Notes under the pieces: generated by a model
What the model was told of the DNA's origin: nothing
Seen by the model: the letters and a program-made list of their open reading frames with translations, nothing else
Database searches by the model: none
Program-made: the position numbers and the translations under genes
Shown: piece after piece, positions 59,553-64,000 of the stretch
Layout of the letters: each line of letters opens with the position of its first letter
Numbering within the stretch: the stretch's first letter is position 1
Assembly (NCBI GenBank): GCA_041484665.1
Contig: JBGPIA010000004.1
Span: 128,001 to 192,000 of the forward strand
Source: Candidatus Krumholzibacteriia bacterium
Lineage (GTDB): Bacteria; Krumholzibacteriota; Krumholzibacteriia; JAJRXK01
Length of the DNA: 64,000 nt
Direction of reading: 5' to 3'

Positions 59553-59772
59553 GGCCTCCCCTTTCCCCCCGGGTTGGGCGGCGCCATCGGCCGGCCCAGA
59601 CGCTGCCGGAGCCTGGTTGCGATACCGCGAGCCCCGGCACCTCCTGCGCGACGAACGATAGGAAGCCAGCCGGGGGAGCCCAAGGCCGCAGTGGAGCGCG
59701 CGTTGGTGATCCAGAGAACGCGCCAGGGCACCTCCGAGAACGCCCGGGGGCGAACCCGAGAACGCGCGCGCG

Positions 59773-61284
59773 TCATGCCGGGAGTGTGATGGGGCGGCCG
59801 GCGGGCAACGGACGGTGGGCGGCGGGCAACGCGTCGGCTGTGGCAGGGGCAATGAGGCGGCGGCCGGGAGACGACCCTCCACCGAACGGGCTGGCTAGTA
59901 CCGCCGTCGCCGTGGCGGCGGGCCCACCCGCCTGTGCGTACGCCGTCATCCGCTGCGCCAACAGCTCACGCGCGCTCTCGCGGTCGATGGGCTGCGCGTA
60001 CTCCTTGAACTGCGCCGAGGCCGCCAGGCGCTGGGCAAGCTCCGGCCCGGTGAGCGGGCCCATGCGCGTGGCCGGAGGGATCAGGCGCGTCGCGAACGGC
60101 GGGGTGGGGACGCCGTTGGGCGAGAGCACCGTCACCAGCGCTTCTCCAATGCCCAACGTGGTGAGCGTCTGCTCGATGTCGTAGAAATCGGTCCTGGGGA
60201 AGGTGCGGGCCGCGGCCTTGAGCGCCTTTTCATCGTCGGGCGTGAACGCGCGCAGCGCGTGCTGAACGCGGTGGCCCAGCTGCCCAAGCACCGTGGCCGG
60301 GATGTCCTTGGGGCTCTGCGTCACGAAGAAGATGCCGACGCCTTTGCTGCGGATCAGGCGCACGACCTGCTCCACCTGCGTCAGGAATGCCTCGCTCGCG
60401 CCGTTGAACAGCAGATGCGCCTCGTCGAGGAAGAACACCAGCCTGGGCTTGTCCACGTCGCCCACCTCGGGCAGCTCGTGGTAGAGGCGCGCCAGCATCC
60501 ACATCATGAACGTGGAGAACAGCGCGGGCTTGTCCTGCATGTCCGTCAGCTCGAGTACGCTCACGACGCCGCGCCCGTCACGCTCGGTCTGGAGCAGGTC
60601 GGCCAGGTTGAACTCCGGCTCGCCGAAGAAGGCCTGCGCGCCCTGCTGCTCCAACTCCACCATCTCGCGCAGCAGCATGCCGACGGTGGCCTTGGACATG
60701 CCGCCGTAATCCTTCAGGTCGGACGCCCCGTCCCCCGTGAGGTATTGCAGCACCGCCAGCAGGTCGGAGAAGTCCAGGAGCGCCAGCTTGCGATCGTCGC
60801 AGTACTTGAACACCAGGGTCAGGACGCTGGGCTGCGTCGCGTTGAGACCGCGCACCTTGGACAAGAGCAGCGGCCCGAACGACGAGACCGTTGCGCGCAG
60901 CTGGGCGCCGCGCTCGCCGGTGAGGCTGAGGAACTCCACGGGACACGGCATCCCATTCTTGGCGAAGCCGGTCTCCTTCGCGCGCTGGGTGACGCGTTCG
61001 CTCGCCTCACCCGCTGCGCCGATCCCCGAGACATCGCCCTTGACGTCAGCCAGGAACACCGGCACGCCGGCCGCGGAGAGCTGCTCGGCAATGAGCTGCA
61101 GCGATTTCGTCTTGCCCGTACCCGTCGCGCCCGCGATCAGGCCGTGGCGATTGAGCATCGACAGAGGCACGCGCACCAATGGCTCGGGGTGGCACTCGCC
61201 GGCGCGCACGGGAGCACCCAGCACGATCGACGGCGGGCCGGCGGGGAACGCCGCGCGCGCGGCGTCGAGGAACTTGAGATCCAT
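59773..61284 (-). CDS. DUF853 (YjgR) HerA-like ATPase
   Basis: NRHGLIAGATGTGKT, DVKGD, FFLDEAHLLF, LIRSKGVG, QHALRAFTP. Confidence 0.92.
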   Translation of the reverse strand: MDLKFLDAARAAFPAGPPSIVLGAPVRAGECHPEPLVRVPLSMLNRHGLIAGATGTGKTKSLQLIAEQLSAAGVPVFLADVKGDVSGIGAAGEASERVTQRAKETGFAKNGMPCPVEFLSLTGERGAQLRATVSSFGPLLLSKVRGLNATQPSVLTLVFKYCDDRKLALLDFSDLLAVLQYLTGDGASDLKDYGGMSKATVGMLLREMVELEQQGAQAFFGEPEFNLADLLQTERDGRGVVSVLELTDMQDKPALFSTFMMWMLARLYHELPEVGDVDKPRLVFFLDEAHLLFNGASEAFLTQVEQVVRLIRSKGVGIFFVTQSPKDIPATVLGQLGHRVQHALRAFTPDDEKALKAAARTFPRTDFYDIEQTLTTLGIGEALVTVLSPNGVPTPPFATRLIPPATRMGPLTGPELAQRLAASAQFKEYAQPIDRESARELLAQRMTAYAQAGGPAATATAVLASPFGGGSSPGRRLIAPATADALPAAHRPLPAGRPITLPA

Positions 61285-61333
61285 AGGGGCGGTGACCTCC
61301 GTCGGATCAGTGCGATGGCGGCCCGCTTCGGAC

Positions 61334-61363
61334 TCTGGGGGCGTCTGGGGGCGTCTGGGGGCG
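61334..61363. repeat. Three perfect 10-bp tandem units upstream of the DUF853 gene
   Basis: tctgggggcg x3. Confidence 0.7.
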
Positions 61364-61602
61364 CTGCGGGCAAAGCCGGCGCGATGGGCAGGCAGGCGAT
61401 GCCGCCATCTGCCATCGCGCCCGGCAACGCGGGCGCTTCCGCAGTCCAGCAGCCGTCAGCCCCCTGCCCAATCTCGACGGCAAATCGCGTCGGACAGGAC
61501 CTCGCAGCCAAGACTACGCTCCTCCCTACACCGGCGCCACCGCCGTGGCCAGCAAGCCCGGGCAGGGCCGTCGCCCTTCCAGGCACGGCCGCAGGCTCGC
61601 GC

Positions 61603-63957
61603 TCAATCTGCCGTGCGTTGCAGGAACACGATCGACAGGGATGGCAGCACCAGCGAGATCGCGAAGGGCTGCCCCTGTGCGGGCTCGGGCCGCGCAGGCA
61701 ATGGCTGCGGGTTGCCCGCGCCGGATCCCCCGTAGTCCACGCGATCGCTGTTGAAGGCCTCCGCCCAGGAGCCCGCCTGCGGAACGCCGACCACGAAGCT
61801 GTCGTGGCGGCGCGTCTGGAAGTTGGCGATGGCCACCAGCTGCGAGCGCGGGTCCTTGCCACGGCGCACGAAGGAGAGAACGCTGCGCGCCGCATCGTCG
61901 GCTTCGATCCACTGGAAGCCCTTCCAGTCGCCGTCGTTCTCCCACAGCGCGGGCTGCGACTGGTAGAACTGGTTGAGCTCGCGGACGTAGAGCTGCATCG
62001 CCCGATGCAGCGGGAAGTCCAGCAGCAGCCAGTCGAGCTGGCGGTCGTGGCTCCACTCGATGAACTGGCCGAGCTCGCCGCCCATGAACAGCAGCTTCTT
62101 GCCCGGATGCGCCGCCATCCAGCCGTAGAGCAGCCGCAGGTTGGCGAACTTCTCCTCGTAGCTGCCGGGCATCTTGGACAAGAGCGAGCGCTTGCCGTGC
62201 ACGACCTCGTCGTGGGAGAGGGACAGCACGAACCGCTCGCTGAAGGCGTACATCATCGAAAACGTGAGGCGGTCGTGCAGCTGCGGGCGCTGGGGAGGCG
62301 GCGTGCGCATCACGCGCAGCACATCGTTCATCCAGCCCATGTTCCACTTGTAGTCGAAACCCAGTCCACCCTCGGAGACTGGGTGCGACACCTTCGGCCA
62401 GGCCGTCGACTCCTCGGCGAAGGTCAGCACGCCCGGACACTCGCGATGGACCAGGGCGTTGAACTCCTGCAGGAACGCCATCGCTTCCAGGTTCTCGCGA
62501 CCGCCCAGCTTGTTGGGAATCCACTCCCCCGGCTTGCGCGAGTAGTCGAGGTAGAGCATCGAGGCCACCGCGTCCACGCGTAGCCCGTCGATGTGGAAGC
62601 GCGAAAGCCAATACAGGGCGTTGCTCAGCAGGAACGAGCAGACCGTGTGGCGCCCGAAGTTGAAGATGAACGTGCCCCAGTCCTGGTGCAGTCCTTGGCG
62701 CGGATCGGCGTGCTCGTAGAGGTGCGTGCCGTCGAAGAACGCCAGCCCATGGCCGTCGCGGGGAAAATGCGCTGGGACCCAGTCGAGGATGACGCCCAGG
62801 CCCGCCTGGTGCGCTGCGTCCACGAACCAGCGGAAGTCGTCCGGCGGCCCGAAGCGCGAGGTCGGTGCGTAGTATCCCACCGTCTGGTAGCCCCACGAGC
62901 CGTCGAAGGGATGCTCGGTGATGGGCAGCAGCTCCAGGTGGGTGTAGCCCATCTCCTTCGCGTAGGGCACGAGCTGCTCGGCCAGCTCGCGGTAGGTGAG
63001 CCAGCTGCCGCTCGCGGGGTCAATGGGCGAAGCCGCGCGCGTGGGTGGAGTGCTGGCCTCTGAAGCGCTGGCCGAAACGCCGGGCCCGAAGCCCACCGCC
63101 GCCGGGGCGGCCGCAGCCGGCGCGCCCGACGCCTGCGGGAGGCGTCGCCACGATCCCAGATGCACCTCGTAGATCAGGAGCGGCCTGTCGGACGACTGCC
63201 GCCGGGCGCGTTCCTGCATCCACGCCGCGTCGCCCCAGGTGTAGTCGTAGCTGTCCCAGACGATCGAAGCCGTGTTGGGGCGCCGCTCCATGAAGAACCC
63301 ACACGGATCGGCCTTGTCCGACTGGGGATGGCCCGGCAGCTTCGTGCGCAGTGCGTACTTGTAGAGCGCCCCGCGCTCTACGGCGGGGATGAAGATCTCC
63401 CAGACTCCGCTGTGGCCGCGCGGCTGCATCATGTGCCGGCGCGCGTCCCAGCGGTTGAAGCTCCCGATCACGCTGACGCGCTCGGCGTTGGGGGCCCAGA
63501 CGGCGAAGTCGACGCCGCTGACCCCCTCGTGCACGAGCTCGTGCGCGCCGAGTCTCTCGTAGAGCCGGACGTCGCTCTTCTCCAGGAAATCGCGCAGGTC
63601 GTTCTCGGAGAGCCGCGGTGGGAAACGGTAGGGGTCGTCTTCGACGGTCACCGTGCCGTCGGCGGCGGTGATGCGCAGGCGATAGGCAAACGAGGTCGAC
63701 TCCCCAGGGAAAACCGCCTCGAACACGCCGCCGGCGTGGAGGAGATCCATGGGGTGCGGCACCCCGCCGTGAGCGCTGCCGTCGCCCGGCGTGCGCTCCC
63801 GCAGCACCTCGACCGCGCGCGCACCGGGCACGAGCGCGCGAATGGCGATGGCGGCAGTGCCATCCACCTCCACTTTCTGCAAACCAAGGACGTCGAACGG
63901 AAGTGAGACGCTGGCGTCCGCGAGAGCACTCAACACCTGTGGGTGCAGTGTTGCCAC
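61603..63957 (-). CDS. glgB: 1,4-alpha-glucan branching enzyme (GH13)
   Basis: FAVWAPNA, IYEVHLGSW, SWGYQ, DWVPAHF, GLRVDAVASM, AEES, SHDEVVHGK. Confidence 0.97.
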   Translation of the reverse strand: MATLHPQVLSALADASVSLPFDVLGLQKVEVDGTAAIAIRALVPGARAVEVLRERTPGDGSAHGGVPHPMDLLHAGGVFEAVFPGESTSFAYRLRITAADGTVTVEDDPYRFPPRLSENDLRDFLEKSDVRLYERLGAHELVHEGVSGVDFAVWAPNAERVSVIGSFNRWDARRHMMQPRGHSGVWEIFIPAVERGALYKYALRTKLPGHPQSDKADPCGFFMERRPNTASIVWDSYDYTWGDAAWMQERARRQSSDRPLLIYEVHLGSWRRLPQASGAPAAAAPAAVGFGPGVSASASEASTPPTRAASPIDPASGSWLTYRELAEQLVPYAKEMGYTHLELLPITEHPFDGSWGYQTVGYYAPTSRFGPPDDFRWFVDAAHQAGLGVILDWVPAHFPRDGHGLAFFDGTHLYEHADPRQGLHQDWGTFIFNFGRHTVCSFLLSNALYWLSRFHIDGLRVDAVASMLYLDYSRKPGEWIPNKLGGRENLEAMAFLQEFNALVHRECPGVLTFAEESTAWPKVSHPVSEGGLGFDYKWNMGWMNDVLRVMRTPPPQRPQLHDRLTFSMMYAFSERFVLSLSHDEVVHGKRSLLSKMPGSYEEKFANLRLLYGWMAAHPGKKLLFMGGELGQFIEWSHDRQLDWLLLDFPLHRAMQLYVRELNQFYQSQPALWENDGDWKGFQWIEADDAARSVLSFVRRGKDPRSQLVAIANFQTRRHDSFVVGVPQAGSWAEAFNSDRVDYGGSGAGNPQPLPARPEPAQGQPFAISLVLPSLSIVFLQRTAD

Positions 63958-64000
63958 GCCGACCGAGACCTCCCCTTCGCGCAGCGGAACTCGAGCGTCG

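Overview
GC-rich (~70%) bacterial chromosomal segment with about 44 protein-coding genes. I found no rRNA, tRNA, CRISPR array or IS element. A secreted peptidase with a C-terminal 'PNPFNP...YDLRGRLVRTL' FlgD-Ig-like tail hints at an FCB-affiliated lineage such as Eisenbacteria/Krumholzibacteria (inference). Contents, left to right: an S8 protease; a b6f-like Rieske/split cytochrome b operon with an octaheme cytochrome c and a cupredoxin-like protein, preceded by HEAT-repeat and 4x[4Fe-4S] ferredoxin genes; redox and housekeeping genes (Mo-oxidoreductase, AKR, redoxin, DsbD); M61 and M1 peptidases. The most interesting block (26.2-46.2 kb) holds four ATP-grasp ligases, a glutamate-cysteine-ligase-like/CBS protein, an M14 desuccinylase-like and an S51 cyanophycinase-like hydrolase, and two alpha/beta-hydrolases, one with a CBM48-like glycogen-binding module. 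These genes surround glgA, with glgB about 15 kb further on, making the block a candidate uncharacterised system for amino-acid/peptide modification of glycogen. It is interrupted by vapBC and a TonB receptor-YfiR-hybrid kinase triad. The right end has msrBA, an RND pump, an atypical transketolase, a DUF853 ATPase and glgB. Starts were chosen by eye and are approximate where noted; family calls come from motif recognition, not database searches.
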